Assembly (NCBI RefSeq): GCF_009914755.1
Contig: NC_060934.1
Origin: the human T2T-CHM13v2.0 reference genome, Homo sapiens
Direction: 5' to 3' (one strand)
DNA: 64,000 nt
Shown here: in pieces, positions 44,850 through 59,240 of the stretch
How positions within the stretch are numbered: the stretch's first letter is position 1
Layout: each line of letters opens with the position of its first letter
The notes under the pieces: model-generated
The model's database searches: none
Told to the model about the DNA's origin: nothing
Seen by the model: the letters and a program-made list of their open reading frames with translations, nothing else
Program-made: the position numbers and the translations under genes

Positions 44850-45440
44850 TTTTGATCAACATGGTTTATAAAATTTATTCATGTTGTTTCATGAGACATC
44901 ATTCATTCATTCTCAGGGTTGTATTATATTTCATTGTATGAATACACCACAATTTCTCTATTCTTTTCTTGATGAACATTAGTGTAATTTAAAACTTTTG
45001 GCTATCAGAATAGTGTTGCTATTAACATTCTGTGTCTTTTGGTGAACATATATATGCATTTCTGAACTTATGTATGCAATTTTATTTAGAATGGAATTGC
45101 CAGGTCATAAGGTATGTGTATGCTCAGCTTTGGTGTATACTGCTAAAAGGTTTTCCAAAAAAGTTGTACCAGTTTACACTCCCGCCAATGGTATGTGAAA
45201 GTGCCATTGGCTGATATTCTACCACCACTTGGTACTATCTGTCATTTTCATTTCATCCATTATTGTGGTGTGTTGAGGTATCTCATAGTAGTTATAATTT
45301 GAATTTCTTTGATGACTAATGAAATTAGTCCCCTTTTAAAATTGCCATTATGTAACTTCTTTTGTGAAGTGATTATTTATATATTTTGCCCATTTTTCTA
45401 CTGGATTGTCTGCCATTTCTTATATTGATTTGTAGGCTGT
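44850..45440 (-). mobile_element. Old L1M 3' fragment
   Basis: L1M ORF2-end/3'UTR motifs (aagttgtaccagtttacactccc). Boundaries approximate. Confidence 0.6.
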
Positions 45441-46012
45441 GGTAGCTTTTAGGTTTTATACTTTATCCTTAATATTCTGAAATGTAATTACAGAATTGCC
45501 CTTATTTAGTATGAGGGGATAGACCTAAAAGTCATATCTTTTCCAAATTCTGGAAACTTCTCAATATTTCTTTCTTTAAATATTATTTCTCAGGCATTTT
45601 CTCCATTCTCCTTTCCTAGAACTCCTATTGGATATATTAATATGATGGATTTTTTTCCATCTGTCCACCTTTTAGTCAATTCTCCAAGACTTTTTGCTGC
45701 TTTCCTATATTTTTAAACTTTTATCTCTCTGTGCTACTTTTAGCAATTTCCTTACTACTGTTGTCCAGTCTAGAATTAATTCAATCTTTTGATGTTTCTT
45801 TAACAAATTTCTTTACTAATCTTTAAAGATTTTACTGACCACTTAAAAATAATTTCCAATACTTCTAATTGGACCTTTTCCATATTCACCTATTTTATTT
45901 CTGCCTGTTTTTACTTTAGCTTTTGTTTTTCTTTTAAAGTTCAAGTTGATCTTCAATATATCTCTTTGACCATTCAAACATTTGAAGTCTTTGTCAGCCT
46001 GTTTCAGAAATT

Positions 46013-47600
46013 AATTTTTTATTTTAATGTTTAATTTTTGTGAGTACATAGTAGGTGTATACATTTATGATGTACATGAGATGTTTTAATACAGGCATGC
46101 AATGTGTAATAATCACATCATGTAGAATGGGATATTCATTCCCTCAAGCATTTATCCTTTGTATTACAAACAATCCAATTATACTCTTTTAGTTATTTTT
46201 TTAATGTACAATTAAGTTATTATTGACTATAGTCACCCTGTTTTGCTATCAAATAGTAGGCCCCTTTGTCAAAAATGAGTTCACTGTAAGTGTGTGGATT
46301 TGTTTCTGGGCTCTCTATTCTGTTCCATTGCTCTATGTCTGTTTTTATGCCAGGACCATGCCATTTGGGTTACTACAGCTCTGTGGTGTAATTTGAAATC
46401 AGGTAATGTGATTCCTCCAGTTTTCTTCTTTTCGCTTAGGAAAGCTTTGGCTATTCTGGATCTTTTGTGGTTTCATATAAATTTTAGGATTTTTTTTTCT
46501 ATTTCTGTGAAGAATGTCATTGGTATTTTGACAGGGATTGCGTTGAATCTGTGGATTGCTTTGGGTAGTATTGATATTTTAATAATATTGAATCTTCCAA
46601 TCCATGAACATGAAACATCTTTTCATTTTTGGTGTCCTCTTCAATTTCTTTCATCAGTGTTTCAGAGTTTTCATTATAGAGAACTTACACTTCTTTGGTT
46701 AATTACTAGGTATTTAATTTTATTTGTGGCTATTGTAAATGGAATTACTTTTTTATTTCATTTTCAGATTGTTCACTGTCAGCATATAGAAATGCTACTG
46801 ATTTTTGTATATTGATTTTGTATCCTGAAACTTCACTGAATTTGTTTATCAGTTCTAATAGTTTTTGGTGGATTCTTCAGATTTTTTCCAAATATAAGAT
46901 TATATCATCTGCATACAAGGATAATTCAACTTCTTCCTTTCCAATTTGGATGGCCTTATATTTTCCTCGTCTGATTGTTCTACCTAGGAATTTTAGTACT
47001 ATGTGGAATAACAGCTAACAGTGGTGAAAATGGGCATCCTTGTTGCATTCCAGATCTTAGAAAAATGCCTTTCAGTTTTTTCCCATTCAGCCTGATACTG
47101 TGTGTCTATTGTATATGACTTTTATTATGTTGAGGTATGTTCCTTCTATGCCATTTTATTTTTTTGAGGGGTTTTATCATGAAGGGATGTTGAATATTAT
47201 CAAATGCTTTTTCTGAGTCAGTTGAAATGATTATATGGTTTTTGTCCTTCATTATTTTTATATATCACATTGATTAATTTGTGCATGTTGAACTATCCTT
47301 ACATCCCAGGGAAAAATTCCACTTGGTCATGAAGAATGATCTCTCTAAGGTATTGTTGAATTTAGTTTGCTAATATTTTGTTGAGGATTTTTGCATCAAT
47401 ATTCATCAGAAGTATTGGCCTTTAGTTTTCTTTTTTTTGATGTGTCTTTGTCTGGTTTTGGTATCAGGGTAATACTGGCCTTGTAGGATGAGTTTCTAAG
47501 TATCCCCTCCTCCTCTATTTTTTGGAATAGTTTGAGTAGGATTGGTATTAGTTCTTCTTTAAATATTTGATAGAATCCAGCTGTGAAGGCATCAAGTCCA
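46013..47600 (-). mobile_element. L1MA2/3-like element with internal deletion
   Basis: L1MA 3' end (46013-46260) is joined directly to mid-ORF2 sequence (46261-47600). Confidence 0.8.
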
Positions 47601-47603
47601 AGC

Positions 47604-48418
47604 CTGGAACCATGGCCCCAAGTGAGAACATGCATTCCTGTTTTCCCATGTGATGTTGCCTTTTCCAAAACCACTCATGTCCCGCCCCACCCCCAATCTT
47701 ATGCCCATAAAAACCCCAGGCTCCACTGACAGAGCAGAGAAGAGGAGAAGCAGCTGGACATAAGAGACTACAGTTTGATGTTGGAGAGGGGCAGCTTGAC
47801 TTCAGAGGGATGGTTTGACCGCATTGCTTCGGACAGGAGTCTGGCCAGGGATGGCCAAACTCTGTGGGAAGATCACCTTCCTGCTCCATTACCTTTCCAC
47901 TGAGAGCCACTTTCATCAGCAATAAAATCCTCTACATTTACCACCCTTGAATTCATTCATGTGACCTAATTTTTCCTGGATGCCAAACAAGAGCTTGGGT
48001 GCCACGGGTGTGGACGCTAAAGGCTGTCACACTGACCCTCTGCCCTCAATGGTGGAGAGCAACCACCTCATGCAAAAAGACAGAGGGTCCACTGAACTGT
48101 TTAACACTTAAGCTGTCCAAAAACAGCAAAGCTAAAAGAGCACTGTAACAGATGCCCTCTGGGACTTCAGGGGTCATGGGTACCCGCCTCTAGATGCTGC
48201 TGCAGGGCCTGCATGGAGTTTTGCTCCTGCTGTTCCCCAAAAACACTTGCCCAGCTCCCGTACCCACTCACCTGCATGCTCCCTCCTGTGAGGGGTTCAG
48301 TGCAATGGATTCCAGTGAGTGGAGTTTGCCCCAACTGGCACCTAAATAGCCAGCTATCCCCAGCACCCTCACTCCAGTTCCCACCTGCGAAGGGGTCAGG
48401 GGAAATTTCCCGCTTTAT
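47604..48418 (+). mobile_element. ERV1 LTR of the LTR1/LTR28/MER50-MER52 group, probably 5'-truncated
   Basis: cccataaaaacccc, agaagcagctggac, gagagccactttcatcagcaataaaa, gtcacactgaccctctgccc motifs. Confidence 0.65.
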
Positions 48419-48857
48419 AATGACTTGGAACTGAGGGGCAGGGGCTGAGGATTTTATCCCATGAGTCAAAATCTAGAATGGCCTTGTGAGAGCAATACTC
48501 ACTTGGGTCAGAGCCTCCCGACCCTAGCTGTGACAAAACTGAAACCAGGGAGAACACATCCTCTCTTGGTGCCCTCTTTTATTTGCTGGCTGTGGATGCT
48601 TAAACTTCCCTTTGCTCCCTCTTCTCCTCTCTTTGACACCCTGCCTGAGGGTGGGTCAGGGTCAAAGACAAAGGCATTAACATGAAGACAGATGGAGTAA
48701 AGCTCTGACTGAGTAGGGGGCAGGTTTGAGGTGCAAGGGGTCAAGGACTTGATTCCTCTTTGTGGTTGTAATGAATTTACTTCAGTTGGGGTCACCTTGA
48801 GGTTTCAGCATTTACAACCAGTGCCTAGCACATAATAGGGGCTCAATAAAATATAGT

Positions 48858-48897
48858 CGGGGGTGGGGGGTGGGGGGTGGGGGGTGGTTGGGTAGGG

Positions 48898-48905
<8 letters not shown>
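48858..48905 (+). repeat. G-rich tract, G-quadruplex-competent
   Basis: Multiple runs of 3 or more G separated by 1-5 nt loops. Confidence 0.8.
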
Positions 48906-49840
<935 letters not shown>

Positions 49841-50559
49841 TGTGTTGAATGAATTGAAGGAGCTAAAGTTCTGAGCCTGGTAAGATGGTTGCTCCCAGCT
49901 CTGTCTTCTGGCTTTTCCTCTCCCTCTGGTGGGCGTATCCAGGCCAGGAGTCCCAAAGCTCTCACTCATCTCCTGAAAATGCCTAGAGCAGTGGGGCTAT
50001 AGGTGAGGCACGCCAGCTGTCTAGAACATGTCACCCCTTTGCTAACTTGCCAGTTATTTCTGGAGTCCCTTTTTTCTTACTGTGAGAGTAGTCAGATCCA
50101 GGGAACCAGGATTTGGGCTTTGGGAGGAAGGGGCTGGAAGAACTGCTTTGCTCCTAGGTCCTAGGCCTGCCTTCAGCCATGTGAAAGGGATCTTCCACTT
50201 GGTCCTGTTCAGCTCGCCATGGTCTGCACGGGAGTTCAGGTCAAAGTCTTATCACATGTATTTTCTTGGCTTTGACCTTTGTGCTGTTATTTTTGTTTCT
50301 CTCAAGAACCTAAGGAGGGAAGGGGTCCCAGGGAAGGGAAGGAAAAGGAGAGAAGTGTTTGAAATCCTGAGTCCCTGCCATCCCTCCCTCTCTATGTAAA
50401 TCTCTGCTCCTTTATACTATGACTTGCTTATTCATGGAAATCTGTCTGAGGGAAGGCTGTGGTCAGAAGCTGGAAGATAGTCCATCCGCATGCCAGCTTA
50501 CTGTCCCATTCATTTCAGTTGCGCTGACAGGCAATAAAGAATAGCAGGAGAAGCTAACA

Positions 50560-50780
50560 GATCATGTGCTTACTCTGTGCTTGACCTGGTCTACGTCTTT
50601 CACTTACAGTCTCAGATCCTCGCAGTAACCCCCGAGGTCGATACTGTTATGATTTCTATTTACAGATGAGGAAATGAGGCTCAGCAAGAAGTACCTTGTC
50701 CAAAGTCAGAATCTGCCCAAGTTCTAGGAGACAAAGTCCAGCAATCTGACTCTGGAGCCAGTGTTCCTACCCATTATGCT
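50560..50780. mobile_element. MIR
   Basis: Core tttacagatgaggaaatgaggctcag. Confidence 0.7.
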
Positions 50781-51879
50781 TGTCTCTCTCCTCCTCACGA
50801 GCATACTGAGGAAAAGCCAACAGCTGCTTACTGTGGCTCAACCCGACTGCTACACACAAGGAATTTGCTCCTGAGGGTGGAAGGAAGTTCATCTGCCTCA
50901 AAGAACACACCCACACGGCAGGGCTGGGATGCCACCATCAGCCTTCCTTTTGACTTAAAGCTTGTCCACGTTGTCATCAAGTGACACACCAAACCACATC
51001 AGTCATTTCTTCAGCATGAAAGAATAAATTCGATATTTTCCTGGGTGGATTGTTTATATTTTTGTACTTCTGCCTAGAGAGTTCCCATTTAGGCTTAATC
51101 GTTATTTGTCTTCATAGATTTATCCATATCTACGTTTCCCAGTTTGCCAGTTGTTTCTAAAACATTTACTGACCAGTGTAAATAGCAACCTTTTGTAGCA
51201 TTTATATATCATTTTGGAAACAATCTATTTACCCAATATTTATTTTAATCTAGAAAGTTTTAGCAAGAGAGCTGAAGAAAGTGAACGTGGTAGGACAACT
51301 CATAGCCAGAGGGAATAGTATATTTGTTCTCAGTGAAATCATGGTTTGCTGGCACTAAAAATGAGTTTCCAGCCAGAATGATGAGTGGGTCAGCCAAGGG
51401 ACAAGAATACTATATTTCTTTTCAGTAATTTAATTGGGTGCCCTTGGAAATCACTAGTGTCTGTCTGTGAAGGAGAAAATACATAGAGAAGCTCTGTATT
51501 TGTCAGAATTGTAATGAACTTTTAGATTATTTTTTTTTTAAGTCTCTAGAGTATATTCAAGGAAACATTTAAGGAATAACATCCTTATATGCCAAACACA
51601 TCTTTAGCATATAAAATGACTTTATTTTTCACACAAATTTGGCTTCTCAAAATAACTGGTTTTAACTTTGTTGAACTAGAAAAGGGAGGCTCAAATTTTC
51701 TTCACATCTCCCTCCTTGCCTTCCAGACATTTATGAATGTTTTCTGAAACTAATTCGTTCTCAGGTGCTCCATTCAAGATAATTGGGCAATAATACAAGT
51801 TACAACTATGTCAAAGGTCACAGCAAACTGGGATCATAAAGAAAATAATTGGTAGGGTGTTTACAAGTTAAATAATGAC

Positions 51880-52323
51880 TTCTGGCTGTATCCATGCTGC
51901 TGCAAAAGACATAATTTTTTTCCTTTTTTATGGCTGTGTAGTATTCTATGGTATACACATACAATAGTTTCTTTATATACTCCACCACTGATGGGCACCT
52001 AGGTTGGTTCCGTGTCTTTGCAATTGTGAACAGTACTGCAACGAACATATGAGTACACATGTCTTTTTGGTAGAATGATTTATTTTCCTTGGAATACATA
52101 CCCAGTAATGGGATTTCTGAGTCAAATGGTAGTTCTGTTTTAAGTTCTTTGAGAAATGTCCAAACCGTTTTCCACAGTGGCTGAAGTAATTTACACTCTC
52201 ACCAACAGTGTATAAAGCTTTCCCTTTTCACTGCAGCCTTTTCAGCATCTGTTGTTTTTGACTTTTTCATAATAACCATTCTGATTGGTGTGAGATGGTA
52301 TCTCATTGTGGTTTTGATTTGCA
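51880..52323 (-). mobile_element. L1PA/PB ORF2 3' fragment
   Basis: Translates QIKTTMRYHLTP and LFTIAKTRNQPRCPS. Confidence 0.85.
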
Positions 52324-52719
52324 TAACAAATAACTTTTTACTTTTTAAGTTTAAGTATGCCCTAAATATTGCATAGGACATACTTAATAAGTTAAGTGAA
52401 CTGTAACTCGATAAATTATTGGTAAGATCAGTGATTTTTATGCTGGAGAAGCACTGGCTTGGAAGAAATTGGAGTTTTGAAACAAAAGAATAAACTCCAC
52501 AAAGTATGTGGATATGGATGTACATATGTGGGGGCAGGGGGGAATGGTGGGAAAGGCAAAGAATATTAGTTAATGTTAGAAATCCAGAAATTTATCCAGG
52601 ATTGATTAACATATTCTCTTAAAAAGAATTTTCATGAGGTTGGTTAACAACAACAAAATCAACAAGTTTGTAAGAACCAATTGCTTAAAGCCTGTACCAA
52701 CAGGATCTGAGTTTGGTAC

Positions 52720-53483
52720 TGTCTTACTCCATTTTCTGTTTATATCAGAATACCTGAAATGGAGCAATTCATAAGAAATGAAATTTATTTCTTACAGTTC
52801 TGGAGGCTGGGAAGTCCAAGGTCAAGGGGGTGCAGCCAATGAGAGCCTTCTCTTCTTGCGGGTAGGGATCTTCTGCAGAATCCAGAGGAGGCACAGGACA
52901 TCGCATGGCTAGGAGCTGAGCTTGCTAGCTTAGGTTTCTCTTCCTCTGCTTATAAGGCCACTAGTCTCATGCTCATGATAATTACCATTAACCCACTAAT
53001 TCATTAAGCATGAATAGATTAATGGATTTGTGAATTAATGGGTTATTACGGATTAATCCATTCATGAGGGCAGAGCCTCATGACCCAATTACCTCTTTTT
53101 TTTTTTTTTTTTTGAGGCAGTGTCTCATTCTGTCGGCTAGAGTGCAGTGGCACGATCACAGTTCACTGAAGCTCTGACCTCCTTGAGCTCAGGTGATCCT
53201 CCCACCTCAGCCTCCCAAATAGCTGAGACCACACGTGTGCACCACCATGCCCAGCTAATTTTTGTATTTTTTGTAGAGATGGGATTTCACCATGTTGCCC
53301 ATGCTGGTCTCAAACTCCTGGGCTCAAGCGATCTGCCCGCCTCAGCCTCCCAGACTGCTGGGATTATAGGCATGAGCCACCTCGCCTAGCCCCAATCACC
53401 TCTTAAAGGCTTCACCTCTCAATACTGCCACATTGGGAATTAAATTTCAACGTGAGTTTTGGAGGGACATTCAAACCATAGCA
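52720..53483 (-). mobile_element. MSTD-like MaLR solo LTR with an AluJ (~53095-53390, -) inserted
   Basis: tgtctt...cagttctggaggctgggaagtccaag...ttcaaaccatagca; TSD ggtac/ggcac. Confidence 0.75.
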
Positions 53484-54869
53484 GGCACGTTACAACTTTT
53501 CAGCAGACTGAAATGGTATGGTTCTTGGCTTCTTTTCAAAGTGTAAATCTTCCTTTCAGGCTCTTAATATGTCAGACTCTGCATCTATTCTCTTCTCTCC
53601 TAATAGCACTGCCAGGTCTAAGATTCTTTCACTGGTGGGTGGATGGTGCATGCTGGACCAGCTGAAAAGTCGCTGAGTCTACTACTCTACAGAACACAGT
53701 CTATGCTTGAAACTACGGGGAAGTGTTCAAAAGAAAACATGTCTGACCTTCAAGAGTTTGTAATCCTATTGGAAAAGTCTAGAGAAAAGATGATAGATAA
53801 TTGTCAAATTGAGTCACTTCATGGAACACATGTTCTATGAAGGCTCAGTTGGTTTCACCACTGTATCCCCAGTACATAGAAGAGTACCTTGCAAACAGTG
53901 GTTGCCCCGTAACATTTGATGAATGAATAAATCAGTGTCGGCTGCATTCACCAAGGCAGGCTTAATAAAGCAGTTTAGACTGAAATGGGACTTAAAGATC
54001 TGGCTGAACAGAAAGTGTCATCATCATCATCATCATTGCAGCTGCTATTTACTGTGAAACAGGTTCTGAGCACAGTACTTGATAATAATTATACACATGT
54101 TCTAATAGCCCTTAAACATTTAGGTATATCTGGCCCAAAAGCCCATTTTGCTTCTGCAAATCAGCTTTAACATCATCTCAGGGAGACATTCTCTGACCAT
54201 CCTATCAAAAAGCATTTCTTCTTGCTATTCTGTATCTCAGCCCACTGTGCTTTAATAGTATTTATGACAACTTAGTGTGAGTTTATTAAATGATTTTTGG
54301 CTGTCTCTATAGTCCATGAGGGCAAGGGGTATGTCTGTCTTATTACTGCTGTGTCTTCAGCACCCATCTGCCAGCTCATTCCCTGACACTTAGTAGGCAT
54401 CCTATAAATATTTACTGAACAAATGCATTTGGTTTTTAGGCCTGTCTGCACAGAATCATCTCAGCTTAAACAAAAAAAACAGAAAACCAAAAAATATAAC
54501 CATCAAGCTCTTATCCCAGAGATATTCAAAGGTAGATATTTGAAGCCCACGCATGTTTTTTTCTCTTTTAAAATTCTTTAAGTGAATCTAATACATAGCC
54601 AAACACAAGAATTTCAATGAGTGGATGCCACTGTAAGGAAACCATATGGATCCACATTAAAATCTGATGGATACATTTTTTGTCTATGCAATCTTTCAAA
54701 GAAAGCTTCATAGAACTTTCTCTAAGAAGCACATTGGCCATGACCTTTGCCTCAATGTAAACTTGTTTCATACCTAATCGTACTCATCCTGTTCTCTCTA
54801 ACTTTAAAAGTAAGAAAATACCAGCATCAGCAGCAAACACTTGAATTAAAATTTGTTGTCTGTGACCCT

Positions 54870-55540
54870 TAAACATATGAAGAGATGCTCAACCTCATTC
54901 AAAATAAGAGACGTGAAACTACAACTATACTGAGATATCACTTCTTATCCGTCAGATGGCAAAAATTCAAAAGGATGACAACATATTTTATTTGCAGGAC
55001 TACAGGGAAACAGCTTCTCTAATACATTGCTGATGGGAATGCAAAAATAAACCAAATGAAGGGAAATTTGTTCATTTCTGGCAATATTATATATGTATAT
55101 ACCTTTTGTCGTGGCAATGCTACTTCTAGAAATCTATCCCAAAGGTGCACTGACATAATGGCATACACTCAAGATTTTCACTGTAGTATTATTTATAATA
55201 ACAAAAGAAAAACACAAATGTCTATAAGTAGAGAATTGGTTGAATAAACTATGGTACAAACATATGATGGTCTAGGCAGCACCCCCCGCCCCCTTACACA
55301 AAAATGAGGAAGCCTTCTATCTACTGGTATGGAGTAATCTCTAGAATATATTTTTAAGTGAAGAAAGCAAGGCGCACAACAGTATTTAGAATATGCTATT
55401 CTTTGTGTCGAAAATGGAGGGAAAACTGAATATATATATATATATATATATATATAAGCATTTGTCTATATTTTCAAAAATAATAAAAGGATAAGTCAAA
55501 AATAAAATATATAAGGGAGCAAAAGGAAAAAAATTAGACT
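54870..55540 (+). mobile_element. Old L1M 3' fragment with (TA)n at ~55430-55456
   Basis: gaagagatgctcaacctcatt, ttgaataaactatggtac motifs. Confidence 0.65.
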
Positions 55541-55549
55541 TTTTAAAAA

Positions 55550-56103
55550 TTATTTTTTATTTAATTAATTATTTTTCTTCAACTTTTAAGTTCCAGGGTT
55601 CATGTGCAGAATGTGCAGGTTTATTACATGGGTGAACACGTGCATGTAATGGTGGTTTGCTGCACAGATTAACCCAGCACCCAGGTATTAATCCTAGCAT
55701 CCATCAGCTATTCTTTCTGAGGCTCTCCCTCCCCCCATCACCCCCAGCAGGCCCCAGTGTGTGTTGCTCCCCTCCATGTGTCCATGTGTTCTTATCATTC
55801 AGCTCCCACTTATAAGTGCGGACATGTGGTGTTTGGTTTTCTGTTACTGCATTAGTTTGCTGAGGATAATGGCTTCCAGCTCCATCCATGTTCCTACAAA
55901 AGACATGATCTCGTTCCTTTTTATGGCTGCATAGTATTCAATGGTGTATATGTAACACATTTCATTTATCCAGTCTAGCATTGATGGGCATTTGTGTTGA
56001 TTCCATTGTCTTTACTATTGTGAATAGTGCTGCAATGAACATATGCATGCATGTATCTTTCTAATAGAATGATTTATATTCGTTTGGGTATATACTCAGT
56101 AAT
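55550..56103 (-). mobile_element. L1PA (PA8-like or older) 3' end
   Basis: L1PA 3'UTR in reverse orientation. Confidence 0.85.
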
Positions 56104-56104
56104 T

Positions 56105-56399
56105 TATTTATTTTTTGAAACAAAGTCTCACTCTGTCGCCCAGGCTTGGGTACAGTGGTGCCATCATAGCTCCCTGCAGCCTCAACTTCCCTGGCTCAGG
56201 TGATCCTCCCACCCCAGCCTACCCTGGTAGCTGGGACTACAAGTCACACTGCCAAGGCCCGGTATTTTTTTCTAATTTTTGTAGAGACAGGGTCTCACTA
56301 TGTTGCACAGGCTGGTCTTGAACTCCTGGGCTGAAGTGATCCACTCACCTCGGCCTCCCAGAGTGCTAGGATTATTAGCATGAGCCACCACACCTGGCC
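56105..56399 (-). mobile_element. AluJ
   Basis: Full dimer. Confidence 0.88.
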
Positions 56400-58549
56400 A
56401 TCTTCCCTAAATATACCTCATTTTTAATTTTCATTTGGTGACTAGGTAAATGTTTTATATAATTAAAAAACAAAACTAAGTAAAAAAAAAAGAAGTAACC
56501 ACCAAGATGAAAAAAAAACACAAACAAAATAACCAGTATATCAGGTTGATGACATAACTACACTGAAAAGAATTATTTCACATTAAAACACTGGATATTA
56601 GGGTATATACTAAGCAAAAAGAAGTGAAACATATTCGATAGTCTTATTTTTTCTCAACCTCCAAACATAGCAAAATCAGTAGTCTTATTATTGATGGTTA
56701 TACTGTTTTATATTTTGGTACTATTTACATAAAATATGTTGTTAGTAACCTATTTTTTTAGCTGCAAACCTGAAATCAAAGATATTAAGTAAAACCTTTA
56801 TAATCTTAACTTAAATTGGAAATACCAGTATAAGCTTGTGATTTTTTTCCTCTCTAAAAAATACGTATTTCATAGCTCTGCCCACTGAAAAGTTTTAAGA
56901 ACCATGATAACCCAGTAGCAATTTCCAGATGATGTTCTCTAAATACCATTCGCACTAGAAGGAACCAGGACACCTTGAAGAAATGGCTGACTCCTGGTAT
57001 GGGGCAGGAGTGTACAAAATGACCCTGGCACATTTTTGTGCTGAAAGCAAGAAAATGCTCACAGTCTGATGGGGTCATGTCAAAAGGACTGGAGCCAATC
57101 TGCAGGGACTTCTAACTGGCCATAGATGAGACAAATTAAGCACCAAATTTGATGGAAACTCATTGAACATAGAAAAATCTATGAGTTCAAAATAATGCTG
57201 AGTACCGAATAATACTATTTGTGAGTTCAAAATAATACTGAAGAATATACATATCCAAAACAAATTAAAAAAACTGTTCACCATCAGAGGTAGCTAGTGC
57301 TCTAACAGCATATTTTGAAAATTGGCCACTAAAAGGAAAGAATTAAACATTTACCTTGCTTGGCACCATTGTAGTTTTATTTGTGGAGCTGCCACACAAA
57401 TCTGGAACTGCCCAACTTTTAAAATATTTTACATGCAAGAGAAACCCTAGGTGTTCGAGTCTCTTTATTGGGGTTTCTGTTTTACACAGTGGAACCTAAT
57501 TGTAACTGATACAACATGTAGAAATGGAACTCTATTTTCTTAAGAAATGAGGTTGATTTCTTCACTACCAACTGAAATGAAGGCTGTTGAGACAGAAATA
57601 ACTTGACAAAGATTTATTGGAAGCCAGATTTGATGATTGACCTGGGAAGACACACCAACAAAGTTGGGTGTATTCCAAAGTCCATTACAAGTTAGAATGT
57701 TTTTATCAGAAAGTGTAGAAGGGAGGAAGACTCCTCATTTTGGAGTTGTCCTTTTCATTGCAGGGTACAATGCAGAGATTACAACCGTTGGCTACAGATG
57801 ACAACATATAGCCTAGAATGTTTTATGCACAAGGTTACCAGTAAAACGGAACGATTCAGAAACAAATTAATGTCCTTTTCAATGTCAGTAGGTTATGTAT
57901 TAATCAGTATGTCAACACTTTGAGGAAACTCATGATAAGACTTGAGTAACCTACAATAAGATTCTTTAGTGAAGGATAGAATGTAGCCATGAGTCATAAG
58001 ACCTTCCCTAGGTAATTTGGCAGCCTGCCAAATCCTACTTATTATCCCAAACAGCTAGAATCTCTTCAACTTTTGCTCACTGTATAGTTTCTTGCCTTCT
58101 GTCAATCCCCCTTATTGAAATAATAATTATAAATCAGGGGCACATAATTTCAGCTCAGAAAGCAGATTCCTGGTTCACAAGAATTAAGTACAGTTTTCCA
58201 TGGCAGCCTTTCCATATTGAAAGATATAAACAACATTTTAAGGATGGTGGGGAGGAAAAGAGAAAGATGATGGGAATTTTGTGAAACAGTGACATTTGAG
58301 CAAAAATGGATGAAAGACCACACTCTAGTAGGCATGCTATAAAAAGAACGGGGGTATCAACTTCAGATTCATAATCAACTAATACTTAGTCAAGGATGTT
58401 CTGGGCCAGGCCTTTTGCTAAAGGATTTCCCATACATTTTCTGATTTAATCACCACTGATTTGATCTCAGGTCTCTATTTTTTGCCATGTGTTTTTTCTT
58501 CCTTCATCAAACTTTTATTAATTATAAATGAGATGTTGACATTTTGCCT

Positions 58550-58660
58550 TTTTTGTTGTTGTCATAGAGATGGGGTTTACACTATGTTGCCCAGGCTGGT
58601 CTTAAACTCCTGGGCTCAAGCAATCCTCCCACCTCAGCCACCCAGAGTGCTAGGATTACT
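58550..58660 (-). mobile_element. FLAM/Alu left monomer
   Basis: Single Alu arm. Confidence 0.75.
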
Positions 58661-58754
58661 GTTCATTTTGCCTTTTTTTTTTTTTTAATCACCACCCTTC
58701 CCTGGAGGTGCTAATTAAAAGTAAAGTAGCCAGAAGCCACATTGGAGAAGCCTG

Positions 58755-59240
58755 TTGTGGATCCCCAACAATGTCTACGGCCCTGAAAGCTGTGAATACT
58801 TTAGGTTACTTGGCACAGGAGAATTAAGGTAGAAAATGGAATTAAGCTTGCTAATCAACTGACTTTGAGAGGGGTAGATGAGCCTGGATTATCCAGGTGG
58901 GACCAATGTAATCACAAAAGTCCTTAAATGTGGAAGGGGAGGTAGAAGGAAAGGTCAGCGTGATGTGTTGGGATAAAAACTCCACCAGCAGTCACCGGCT
59001 TTGAAGATGGCAGAGGGCCACGTTCCAGGGATGTGCATGGCTTCTGGAAGGAAGAAAGAACAAGAAAACACATTCCTCTCTAGAGCTCCCATAAGAGGTA
59101 CAGCCCTGCCGACACCTTCATGTTAACCCAGTGAGACCCGTTTCAGACTTCTGGCCTCCAGAACTGTAAGAGAATAAATGTAAATTGTTTTAAGCCAACA
59201 AGTTTGTGCTAATGTGTTAGAGTAGTAATAGAAAATTAAT
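58755..59240 (+). mobile_element. MLT1 (D/E-like) MaLR LTR
   Basis: cctggattatccaggtggg...aatgtaatcaca; gacttctggcctccagaactgtaagagaataaat. Confidence 0.8.

Noticed and set aside
46294-46815. 173-aa hydrophobic ORF resembling a membrane protein
   Set aside because: Antisense reading of L1 ORF2.
52985-53065. Short inverted repeats (taacccactaattca/tgaattaatgggtta)
   Set aside because: Lie in the intrinsically repetitive ATTAAT-rich part of the MSTD-like LTR.
57182-57241. 20-bp direct repeat tgagttcaaaataat(g/a)ctga
   Set aside because: Small local duplication, apparently within a decayed L1; no sign of function.
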